Source: Arcobacteraceae bacterium (GTDB lineage: Bacteria > Campylobacterota > Campylobacteria > Campylobacterales > Arcobacteraceae). From it: DNA of 64,000 nt. A program made the translations under genes and the position numbers. The stretch's first letter is position 1. Each line of letters begins with the position of its first letter. The stretch lies in assembly GCA_963678145.2 (NCBI GenBank), contig CAXXWH010000002.1, positions 1,150,063-1,214,062 on the forward strand, in the 5' to 3' direction. Shown here piece after piece: positions 10,075-18,252 of this stretch. The notes beneath the pieces were generated by a model. That model searched no databases. It was not told the origin of the DNA and was given only the letters and a program-made list of their open reading frames with translations.

Positions 10075-12099
10075 TTATACTGTGATCTCTTTTATATCCG
10101 CAATAGTTTTAAAGCTTGCGTATACTGTACAGATCAGGTTCTTTCTGTTATTTTTAATATTTTCATCTTCATGGTTAACGAATACATTGTCAAAGAAAGC
10201 ATCAAGCTGAGGCTTTAAACTGAAAAGCGCTTCGAGCTCTTCGTCAAACGTGGTGTAAACCCGGCTTTTAACTTCTGAGAACTTGGCAAACAGCTCTTTT
10301 TCCTCTTTATCGCTGAATAACGACTCGTTTATCTCAAGACCCGCAGATTCATCCATATCTTTAACAATATTTGCAACCCTTTTGAAAGTATCGCTGGCAT
10401 CTTTAAAGTCGCTGCTTTTTACCAAAGGATCAACCGCTTCGATCTTCTCGCAGATACTTAAGATATCTTTTTCACCGCTGCTGTTAAGAACAGATTTAAC
10501 CACACTTGGGTTTACGTTGCTGTAAAGTTTGTATAGTCTTTCGTCTATAAATGTTTCAAGCTGTCCAAGATCGATATTCTCATATAATCCTTTAAGGCTT
10601 TGCATCACTTTGTTCAGGTCAAGTTTAAGTTTATGCTCTTTTGCTATTTTAAATATACCGGCAGCCGCACGTCTAAGTGCAAAAGGGTCCCTGCTTCCTG
10701 TAGGTATCATTCCAACGCTGAAAAGTCCCATAAGGTTATCAATCTTGTTTGAGATTGAGACAACCGAACTGAATACGTTTGAAGGAAGCGCACTCTCCTC
10801 TCCGTCGGGAAGATATTGTTCTTTTAACGCGGTACAAACAAGAGGATCTCTTTTTTCTATCTGTGCGTAATAATATCCCATTAACCCCTGAAGCTCCGTA
10901 AACTCGTAAACCATATCGGTAAGTAGGTCAGCCTTGCTTATCATAACAGCTTCTTCTAACAGGTTTTTATCCTCGTCAAGATCAAATTCCGCAGCTATCG
11001 TCTGCGCGATCTTGCTTTCTCTTACGCACTTGTCATACATGCTTCCAAGCCCTTCAACGAAACTTACGCTTTTAAGACCTTCATTGTTAAGACCGTTCTT
11101 GATATCGTTCTTCCAGAAGAACATACCGTCGCTTAATCTTGGTCTTAATACCTTTTCATTCCCCGCGACAATATGGCTGAAATCTTTTGTGTAAGAGTTT
11201 GAAACTACAATAAATTTATTTGTGATCTTACCGTCTTTATAAACTGCAAAATATCTTTGGTGCTCTTTCATAGAGTTTACTATAACTTCATCGGGAAGCT
11301 CAAGGAAATCTTCATCGAAGTTCCCTAAAAGTGCCGTTGGAAATTCGGTGATCGAGACAACCTCGTCCAAAAGTTCCTGATCAATCTCTATTTTAATATC
11401 GTTTTGCTTTTCTATCTTTTCCATTTGAGAAAGGATCATTTTCTTTCTTTCTTCGGGATAAAGAATAACCCCTTGCTTATCAAGCTTGCAGAAATAATCA
11501 CCGGCAAAATCAAAAGCAAAAGGCTCATAAGAAACCATTCTGTGCCCGAAACTCGATTTTGAAGATTTCACCCCGTAAAGCTCACCCTCTACCAGATCTT
11601 CCCCTAAAACGATACTAAGCCCTCTGATAGGTCGGATAAAGCTGTCGCTTCTGCTTCCCCATCTCATAGATTTACCAAAATTAAGTTTTGATATAAACTC
11701 ATTTATCATATCGTTTAGAAGCTCTTTTGATTCTTTACCTTTAACTGTTTGTTTATGGTACAGAAACTCCTGGTTGTTTCTTGCAGCAGTTTGAAGTTGA
11801 TCCACACTGATACCGCATTTTTTTGCAAAACCGTTTGCCGCTCCCGTTGGTTCACCGTCTTTATACGCAATAGCGACGGGCGCACCCCAAAGCTCCTGCT
11901 CTTTATCTTCCTGGGCTGTTTTAAATTCCCTGTGCCAGAAAGTTAACCTTCTTGGGGTATAATAAAATTGAAATTCACATAATAGATCATTTGCTTCTAG
12001 AATATCCGACCATTTTTTCTCAATATTTGGTAACTCTTTTAAAAAAGGTATTGCCGGAAGCTCCTCAACTACGATCTCAATTAATAATGGTTTAATCAT
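10075..12099 (-). CDS. glyS: Glycine--tRNA ligase beta subunit
   Basis: 674 aa. N-terminus LLIEIVVEELPA and full-length similarity to GlyS of the split alpha/beta GlyRS. Confidence 0.95.
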   Translation of the reverse strand: MIKPLLIEIVVEELPAIPFLKELPNIEKKWSDILEANDLLCEFQFYYTPRRLTFWHREFKTAQEDKEQELWGAPVAIAYKDGEPTGAANGFAKKCGISVDQLQTAARNNQEFLYHKQTVKGKESKELLNDMINEFISKLNFGKSMRWGSRSDSFIRPIRGLSIVLGEDLVEGELYGVKSSKSSFGHRMVSYEPFAFDFAGDYFCKLDKQGVILYPEERKKMILSQMEKIEKQNDIKIEIDQELLDEVVSITEFPTALLGNFDEDFLELPDEVIVNSMKEHQRYFAVYKDGKITNKFIVVSNSYTKDFSHIVAGNEKVLRPRLSDGMFFWKNDIKNGLNNEGLKSVSFVEGLGSMYDKCVRESKIAQTIAAEFDLDEDKNLLEEAVMISKADLLTDMVYEFTELQGLMGYYYAQIEKRDPLVCTALKEQYLPDGEESALPSNVFSSVVSISNKIDNLMGLFSVGMIPTGSRDPFALRRAAAGIFKIAKEHKLKLDLNKVMQSLKGLYENIDLGQLETFIDERLYKLYSNVNPSVVKSVLNSSGEKDILSICEKIEAVDPLVKSSDFKDASDTFKRVANIVKDMDESAGLEINESLFSDKEEKELFAKFSEVKSRVYTTFDEELEALFSLKPQLDAFFDNVFVNHEDENIKNNRKNLICTVYASFKTIADIKEITV

Positions 12100-12102
12100 C
12101 TA

Positions 12103-12267
12103 TTACTGTTCCTTTGTTTCGTTTTTTTCTTTTTGCTTTTTTTTCAGTTCCGCTTCTTCTAATTTATCTTTATGTTTTTCCACCTGTGTTTCATTCATTC
12201 CCCTTAGGAAAATAAACAAAATATAGATAAATACCGCCCAAACCAAAATGTTTACTATCTCTGCCAT
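12103..12267 (-). CDS. Small membrane protein (54 aa), below the ORF-track length cut-off
   Basis: My translation: MAEIVNILVWAVFIYILFIFLRGMNETQVEKHKDKLEEAELKKKQKEKNETKEQ. One TM helix plus a charged tail. The stop is 3 nt before the glyS ATG. Confidence 0.5.
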   Translation of the reverse strand: MAEIVNILVWAVFIYILFIFLRGMNETQVEKHKDKLEEAELKKKQKEKNETKEQ

Positions 12268-12314
12268 AAATAATCCGTTTTTATTTTAAAATCTGCATTA
12301 TATCCAAATGTTCA

Positions 12315-12527
12315 TTAAGTACCGCAAATCTCATAGATCTCGTCTAGATAATCTTTTGAGATACTTGCTTTGGATTCTTTTGTTTTAAGAAGCCGCTGTT
12401 TGATCTCTTCCAACTCTTCGAGCTGAAAATACTCAAGATAAGCGGGATTGATATCGACTTTTGAGCCGTCTATGCTTATAAGCTCTTTTATCTGCTCGAT
12501 TAATTGCTCTTTTGTTAATTCATCCAT
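12315..12527 (-). CDS. Hypothetical acidic protein (70 aa)
   Basis: ORF whose start overlaps the stop of the BFD-like gene by 8 nt. Helical and Glu/Leu-rich with no known motif. Confidence 0.5.
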   Translation of the reverse strand: MDELTKEQLIEQIKELISIDGSKVDINPAYLEYFQLEELEEIKQRLLKTKESKASISKDYLDEIYEICGT

Positions 12528-12747
12528 TTTTAAACTTTTTCAATATCTGTTCCAGGTATAACTCCTTTTTGGGTTCCCCGAAATCATCACGGGCACTCTT
12601 GCAGCAGCCGCAAACAGTTCCGGCATCCGACAGTTTCCCTATTTTTCCTATATTATCGGCACCTTTTTCTTTTATTGAGTGTAATACTTCACCTAAACTT
12701 ACTTTTTTACATGTACACACTTCATGCGACATATGAAATTCAGCCAT
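12520..12747 (-). CDS. BFD-like [2Fe-2S]-binding domain protein
   Basis: Cys pattern C-X-C ... C-X-C-C (HEVCTCKKVSLGEV...AGTVCGCCKS), typical of bacterioferritin-associated-ferredoxin-like domains. I prefer ATG 12747 (AAGGAG RBS) to the upstream start in the track. Confidence 0.75.
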   Translation of the reverse strand: MAEFHMSHEVCTCKKVSLGEVLHSIKEKGADNIGKIGKLSDAGTVCGCCKSARDDFGEPKKELYLEQILKKFKNG

Positions 12748-13504
12748 TTTTCTCCTTTTTAAGCAGCTCGTACGCTTCATTTATCTCTTGAAGTTTTGCC
12801 GTTGCCTCATCAATTATGGATTGCGACGCGCCGCTTCCCGCTACGATATCGGGGTGATTTTCTTTTACCAGCTTTCTGTAGCTTTTCTTTATGGCTGCCA
12901 TATCATCTTCCATACTTACTCCAAGCACCTCGCAGGCTTTTTGAAGTGACAACTCTTTTGTGTTTTGCTTTGAAGCGTAAAAATGCTCGAATGATGCAAT
13001 AAGCTGTTCAAAGTCGCTTTTCTTTATCTCAAGGGTATTTGCGATATCTTCCGTTATCATAAACTCTGTTTTTGAAAAGTCGTTGTCTATAAATGCAAGA
13101 TTTAAAAGGTACTCCATAACCTTTAATCTCTTGCCGTAATCCCTTTTTGTAAGTTTAAGGTATTTTTTGGCTACATCAATGGTATTTTCAAAGCTGTTCA
13201 TCTCTTTTTTGTAGATCGATTTCAGCTGTTCCCTTACCTCTTGAGAGTTTTCAAAATGGTTTGATATATCAGTAAAAGTATGGCTTAATATTTCAGCTTC
13301 AAGCTCACTTACTTTTCCGTCCGCTTTTGCGACCTTTGCCATTAATCCGACTAAAAGACCCGCCTCGTGTTCCGCAAGGTCTCCTTGGAATTTCTGTTTG
13401 CCGTCAACCTTGATCCTCTCATAGTCGCTGCTTTTGTAATTTCTGTTCAACATAAAAAATATAAAACCAACTATTAGTAATACCAATAATTTAATCATTA
13501 TCAA
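12740..13504 (-). CDS. djlA: DjlA-type membrane co-chaperone (TM + TerB-like + C-terminal J domain)
   Basis: 254 aa with an N-terminal TM helix, a central TerB-like region (LMAKVAKADGKVSELE) and a C-terminal J domain with the HPD motif (KENHPDIV). Confidence 0.8.
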   Translation of the reverse strand: MIMIKLLVLLIVGFIFFMLNRNYKSSDYERIKVDGKQKFQGDLAEHEAGLLVGLMAKVAKADGKVSELEAEILSHTFTDISNHFENSQEVREQLKSIYKKEMNSFENTIDVAKKYLKLTKRDYGKRLKVMEYLLNLAFIDNDFSKTEFMITEDIANTLEIKKSDFEQLIASFEHFYASKQNTKELSLQKACEVLGVSMEDDMAAIKKSYRKLVKENHPDIVAGSGASQSIIDEATAKLQEINEAYELLKKEKNG

Positions 13505-13602
13505 TCCTATCTGTAAATTTGGTGTAATTTTATCAAACTTTAGGTAAAATCTCTCTTCTTGTTTTTAGATCATAAAATTATAATATATACGGGGTATTTA
13601 AA

Positions 13603-13995
13603 ATGTTTGGAATGGGTTTTTTCGAAATTTTTCTGGTTTTAATCGTTGCTATCATAGCCTTGGGGCCTGAAAAGCTTCCAACTGCGGCAGTTGAAGTGGT
13701 AAAGTTCTTCAAAAAGTTTAAAAGCGGAATCGAAGATGCAAAATCTACAATTAACAACGAACTGCAGCTTGAAGATATGAAAAGAGAAGCACAGCAGTTT
13801 CAATCAAGCTTGACGGAAATAAAAAGCAATGTTGAAGATGTTACAAGCAGCGTAGATCTTGATATAGATGAAATAACTTCAATGGAAACAAAACCTTCCA
13901 AGAAAAAAGATGAAGAACCTGCTAAAGAAATAAAAGCAGAAAAAAAATCATCAAAAAAAGAGAAAATATCATTTGATAACGAGGATAAAGCATAA
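13603..13995 (+). CDS. tatB: Sec-independent (Tat) translocase subunit TatB
   Basis: 130 aa with N-terminus MFGMGFFEIFLVLIVAIIALGPEKLP (TatA/B signature). Directly precedes tatC. Confidence 0.85.
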   Translation: MFGMGFFEIFLVLIVAIIALGPEKLPTAAVEVVKFFKKFKSGIEDAKSTINNELQLEDMKREAQQFQSSLTEIKSNVEDVTSSVDLDIDEITSMETKPSKKKDEEPAKEIKAEKKSSKKEKISFDNEDKA

Positions 13996-14810
13996 TGTTA
14001 GAGGATTTAAAACCCCATATAGCCGACCTTAGAAAAAGGCTTGTTATATCAAGTGCCGCACTTTTTATAGCGTTTTTTGCATGTTTTGCGGTATATGAAC
14101 CGATACTTGAATGGATGATGGTCCCTGTAGAAGCAGTCCTGGGAGAGAATTCCCAAATGGTTGCGATCGAAGTACAGGAGACTTTCTTCACGGCGCTTAA
14201 AGTTGCATTTTTCAGCGGATTCCTGATCTCTCTTCCTGTTATATTATGGCAGATGTGGCTTTTCCTGGCTCCGGGACTTTACGATAATGAGAAGAAGCTT
14301 GTAATACCTTTTGTTCTTGGTGCTACAAGTATGTTCCTTATAGGTGCATCATTTGCATATTATATCGTTGTGCCTTTCGGGTTTGAATTTCTTGTAAACT
14401 TCGGTAACAGCGTCGTAACTGTGATGCCAAGTATCGGAAAATACGTAAGTTTCTTTACAAAACTTCTGTTCGGGTTCGGGCTTGCTTTCGAACTGCCTGT
14501 ATTTACCTTCTTCTTTGCCGTGATCGGTCTGGTTGATGACAGAATGCTAAAGAACTTCTTTAAATATGCGGTTGTACTTATTTTCGTACTTTCTGCACTT
14601 TTAACCCCTCCTGATGTTATTACGCAGTTCTTGATGGCGGGGCCTTTAATACTTTTATACGGTGTATCTATCTATATTGCCAGAATATTCAACCCCGCTC
14701 CAAAAGAGGACGAGATCGAAGATGACGAGACAGAAGAAGAGGATATGGACGAGGAAGAGTTCGAAAAAGAGTTTAAAAATGCTATGAAAGAGGATAAAAA
14801 ACTTAAATAA
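13995..14810 (+). CDS. tatC: Tat translocase subunit TatC (with acidic C-terminal extension)
   Basis: 271 aa with six predicted TM segments and TatC-like sequence. The ATG overlaps the tatB stop (TAATG). The C-terminus is an Asp/Glu-rich tail. Confidence 0.95.
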   Translation: MLEDLKPHIADLRKRLVISSAALFIAFFACFAVYEPILEWMMVPVEAVLGENSQMVAIEVQETFFTALKVAFFSGFLISLPVILWQMWLFLAPGLYDNEKKLVIPFVLGATSMFLIGASFAYYIVVPFGFEFLVNFGNSVVTVMPSIGKYVSFFTKLLFGFGLAFELPVFTFFFAVIGLVDDRMLKNFFKYAVVLIFVLSALLTPPDVITQFLMAGPLILLYGVSIYIARIFNPAPKEDEIEDDETEEEDMDEEEFEKEFKNAMKEDKKLK

Positions 14811-14811
14811 A

Positions 14812-15837
14812 ATGGCGTTAGACCCCTTAAAGACAGACAGCTACGACTATGAGCTTCCAAATGAGCTCATAGCTACCTACCCTGCAAACCCTGCAGATCA
14901 CGCGAAACTATTGGTTTATGACAGAGAAACAAAAAAGATCACCCATACGATATTTAAAAATATTCTTCAATACATTCCCGATAATACGGAAGTTTTCTTC
15001 AACGATACAAAAGTTATAAAAGCCAGAATATTCGGCAAAAAAGAAACAGGCGGCAAGATCGAGCTTCTGTTCAACAAGCCCCTTGCGAACAATGAGTATC
15101 TAGTATATATAAGAGGAAGAGTTCAGGAGGGATACAGGCTTTTCTTTGAAAAAGGACTATTATTGGAAATAATCGCCCTTCAAGAGGACGGAAGCAGGAT
15201 CGTGAAATTCTTCAAAGATGGAAAAGAGCTGGATTTCCTAAGTCTTGTAGAGATACTCAACGAAATAGGACACCTTCCCCTCCCCCCTTATATAAAAAGG
15301 GAGGATGAAGAATCGGACAATACAGCCTACCAAACACTTTTTGCCAAAAATTACGGAGCGGTTGCGGCTCCTACTGCATCATTGCATTTTACCCCCGAAC
15401 TGCTTGAAGAATTAAAAGCAAAACACCACACGAACTATCTGACCCTTCATGTGGGTGCAGGTACCTTCAAGCCCGTAGAATCGGAAGATATACTTGACCA
15501 CCCTATGCACAGTGAATATTACGAGATACCGCAAAGCTCACAGGATATTCTAAACAGCGATAAAAAGATTTTAGCTGTGGGTACGACCGTTACAAGAACA
15601 ATAGAGTTTTACAATGATACGAAAAAAGCTGACGGCGAAGCGAATCTTTTTTTAAATCCTCTGAATCCTCCCAAAAGAGTTGATTATCTGCTTACTAACT
15701 TCCATTTACCCAAGTCTACTCTAATAATGCTCGTAGCTTCTTTTATAGGTCTTGAAGAAACTCAAAGGATTTATAGTGAAGCCGTTAAAGAAAAATACAA
15801 ATTTTTCTCCTACGGCGATGCAATGCTCATAATATAA
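14812..15837 (+). CDS. queA: S-adenosylmethionine:tRNA ribosyltransferase-isomerase
   Basis: 341 aa with QueA-typical motifs (YDYELPNELIA, LPLPPYI, GTTVTRT). Confidence 0.95.
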   Translation: MALDPLKTDSYDYELPNELIATYPANPADHAKLLVYDRETKKITHTIFKNILQYIPDNTEVFFNDTKVIKARIFGKKETGGKIELLFNKPLANNEYLVYIRGRVQEGYRLFFEKGLLLEIIALQEDGSRIVKFFKDGKELDFLSLVEILNEIGHLPLPPYIKREDEESDNTAYQTLFAKNYGAVAAPTASLHFTPELLEELKAKHHTNYLTLHVGAGTFKPVESEDILDHPMHSEYYEIPQSSQDILNSDKKILAVGTTVTRTIEFYNDTKKADGEANLFLNPLNPPKRVDYLLTNFHLPKSTLIMLVASFIGLEETQRIYSEAVKEKYKFFSYGDAMLII

Positions 15838-15850
15838 GATATAATATCTT

Positions 15851-17218
15851 ATGGCAAGAAATGAACTACTTACAAAAGATATAAATTCACTTATAAAACA
15901 AATCGCTATCCCTTCAAGTATAGGGATGTTTTTCAATACCATGTACAATGTAGTCGATACCTTTTACGTGGGAACTATCTCAACCGTTGCTATTACTGCA
16001 CTTTCATACAGCTTTGTACTGTTCTTTATGCTTTTATCCCTTAGCTTCGGCCTCTCTTCAGCGATCACTGCTCACGTAGGAAATTCCCTGGGTAAACATA
16101 AAACTGTCTTAGCAAAAATATTCGTCTCGAACGGTCTTTCTTTTGTATTTACAGCTTCCCTGCTGCTTTGTATCCTTGGCTTTATCTTTATTGAGGATAT
16201 TTTTATTCTAATAGGTGCAAGAGATCAGGCTCTGGCGCTTTGTCTTGAATATACCTATATCATACTTCTTGGAACCGTTCCCATGCTTTTGGGACTCGGG
16301 GCAAATGCAGTACTTATTGCAAAAGGAGACACCAAAAGCTACAGAAATACCCTGGTTTTCGGTTTTTTTCTAAATCTTGTGCTTGATCCTTTGTTTATCT
16401 ACGGCTTTTGGATCATCCCGGAACTCGGCTTTGCAGGAGTTGCCTATGCGACCATACTTATCCAGTTTATAACTTTTTGCTACATCATCTACAAACTCAA
16501 ACTAACAGGGCTTTTAGATCAGGCAGGGCTCAAGAACTTCCTTCCCGATATCAGGGTATACAAAAAGCTTTTTATCCAGGCCTACCCCATGAGCCTTAAT
16601 ATGTTCACAATGTCCCTTGGAACAATGGTTGTTACATACTTTGTCTCATCATACGGTTTTAAAGCTGTTGCCGCATTTGGTATCGGATACAGGGTAGAGC
16701 AGATCATTCTTCTTCCCATGCTTGGTCTTAATACTGCCGTTGCCTCTATCGTATCGAACAACTTCGGAGCAAAGAACTTTGACAGGATCCATGAGGTAAG
16801 ATCAAAAGCTTTAAGATACGGATATATTATGAGCACCATAGGGGTGGCCCTGCTTGCGCTGTTTGGAAAATATATTATTATGATATTCAACGATGATCCG
16901 ATGGTTGTGCAGACGGCTTATGAGTATACGATGGTGGAGAGTATCATATTTTTTGCATTTATAACCATATTTATCTCAAACTCCACTCTGCAGGGGATAA
17001 AGCAGCCTTTTATAATCCCCGTTATAAGTGTTTATAGACAGCTTATTATGCCTTTTATATTTTTATATCTGGTGGTTTTCGTATTTAAAGCCGATATTTT
17101 TTATATGTGGATTACAATGCTGCTAATAGCATTCAGTGCAGCAGTTTGGATATATCTTTATACAAAAAAGAAGTTAGCATTCATAGAAAGTGAATCGATA
17201 AGAAAGGGGATCAGATGA
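15851..17218 (+). CDS. MATE family efflux transporter
   Basis: 455 aa, about 12 TM segments, with a MATE-type N-terminal motif (IAIPSSIGMFFNTMYNVVDTFYVG). Confidence 0.9.
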   Translation: MARNELLTKDINSLIKQIAIPSSIGMFFNTMYNVVDTFYVGTISTVAITALSYSFVLFFMLLSLSFGLSSAITAHVGNSLGKHKTVLAKIFVSNGLSFVFTASLLLCILGFIFIEDIFILIGARDQALALCLEYTYIILLGTVPMLLGLGANAVLIAKGDTKSYRNTLVFGFFLNLVLDPLFIYGFWIIPELGFAGVAYATILIQFITFCYIIYKLKLTGLLDQAGLKNFLPDIRVYKKLFIQAYPMSLNMFTMSLGTMVVTYFVSSYGFKAVAAFGIGYRVEQIILLPMLGLNTAVASIVSNNFGAKNFDRIHEVRSKALRYGYIMSTIGVALLALFGKYIIMIFNDDPMVVQTAYEYTMVESIIFFAFITIFISNSTLQGIKQPFIIPVISVYRQLIMPFIFLYLVVFVFKADIFYMWITMLLIAFSAAVWIYLYTKKKLAFIESESIRKGIR

Positions 17219-17361
17219 AAAAGTTGATTTCAGCGGTTTTTATATCTGTTTTGATCTTTTTGGGTTTAAACGGATGCGGCAATATTCAGCCTGAATTTCA
17301 AGGGGAAATGAATATAGAGTTCATAACCGCTCTGGATAAAACAATGCAGGGAAAAGAGTAA
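17215..17361 (+). CDS. Small lipoprotein (48 aa), below the ORF-track cut-off
   Basis: My translation: MKKLISAVFISVLIFLGLNGCGNIQPEFQGEMNIEFITALDKTMQGKE. Signal peptide with lipobox LNGC. The ATG overlaps the MATE stop (ATGA). Confidence 0.55.
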   Translation: MKKLISAVFISVLIFLGLNGCGNIQPEFQGEMNIEFITALDKTMQGKE

Positions 17362-17374
17362 AAACTACTCTTTT
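17352..17374. terminator. Bidirectional hairpin terminator shared by convergent genes
   Basis: AAAAGAGTA (17352-17360) / TACTCTTTT (17366-17374) with a 5-nt loop. The A/T runs give a U-tract in both directions. It overlaps both stop codons. Confidence 0.6.
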
Positions 17375-18174
17375 CTATTCTGCTGCTTGATAAGCTCTTT
17401 TAACTCCTGAACCTCTTTTAAAAGAGTATCTACTTTTTCATGTTCGTCATGGATCTCGTCTTTCATATCTTCATCCTGAAGTTTCTGCATCTCGCCAATG
17501 ATAACCGCAACAAAAAGATTAAAAAACACGAACGCCGCAATAATAACAAAGCTCACGAAATATGCCCATGCCCAAGGATATACTTCCATTGCCTCGTACA
17601 TAACATCTGTCCAGTCTTCAAAAGTAAGAACCCTGAAAAGTGTAAGCATCGATGTAAGGAAGTTGTTCCATAATCCCGAAGGCAGATCTGCAAACACGAA
17701 GCTTCCGATAATAGCATATATATAGAAAATGATGAACATCAGTATAACGATATCTATGATCGACGGGATAGCTTTTATAAGCATATCAATGATTCTTTTA
17801 AGTTCCGGCCTTGCAGTGAAGAGCCTTAGAACCCTGAATACCCTCATAAGCCTTGCGATTGCAGCAAAGGAACTGTTCTCCAAAGGTATCAATGTAATAG
17901 CAACAATGACAAAATCAAAAACATTCCAGCCGCTTTTAAAGAAATTTACGAGCTTCTCTTCTGCGGCCATTTTTATGATTATCTCTATAACGAAATATAT
18001 CGTTACGAACCAGTCGAAAATATAAAGGATATTTCCAAAAGGCTGACTTGCATCCTCCAGGGTTTTAAACCCTAGAACCGAAGCGTAAAATATTATTATA
18101 GCCGTCGTAAGGTTGGAAAACCATCTGGCATCCCTGACCTCTTTTATTCTTGCAACAAAACTGTTACTTACCAT
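17365..18174 (-). CDS. Single-domain voltage-gated cation channel (BacNaV/NaChBac family) with acidic CaV-like selectivity filter
   Basis: 269 aa with 6 TM segments. S4 carries Arg at every third position (RLMRVFRVLRLF). Pore loop is TLFRVLTFEDWTDVMY. C-terminal coiled coil (LLKEVQELKELIKQQ). Confidence 0.85.
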   Translation of the reverse strand: MVSNSFVARIKEVRDARWFSNLTTAIIIFYASVLGFKTLEDASQPFGNILYIFDWFVTIYFVIEIIIKMAAEEKLVNFFKSGWNVFDFVIVAITLIPLENSSFAAIARLMRVFRVLRLFTARPELKRIIDMLIKAIPSIIDIVILMFIIFYIYAIIGSFVFADLPSGLWNNFLTSMLTLFRVLTFEDWTDVMYEAMEVYPWAWAYFVSFVIIAAFVFFNLFVAVIIGEMQKLQDEDMKDEIHDEHEKVDTLLKEVQELKELIKQQNRKE

Positions 18175-18252
18175 TTATTTCTCCATCTTCAGATATTAAA
18201 CTTTTTGGGAAGAATATCCAAAGAAGATTAAAAAATATATAAAGAAAATATT

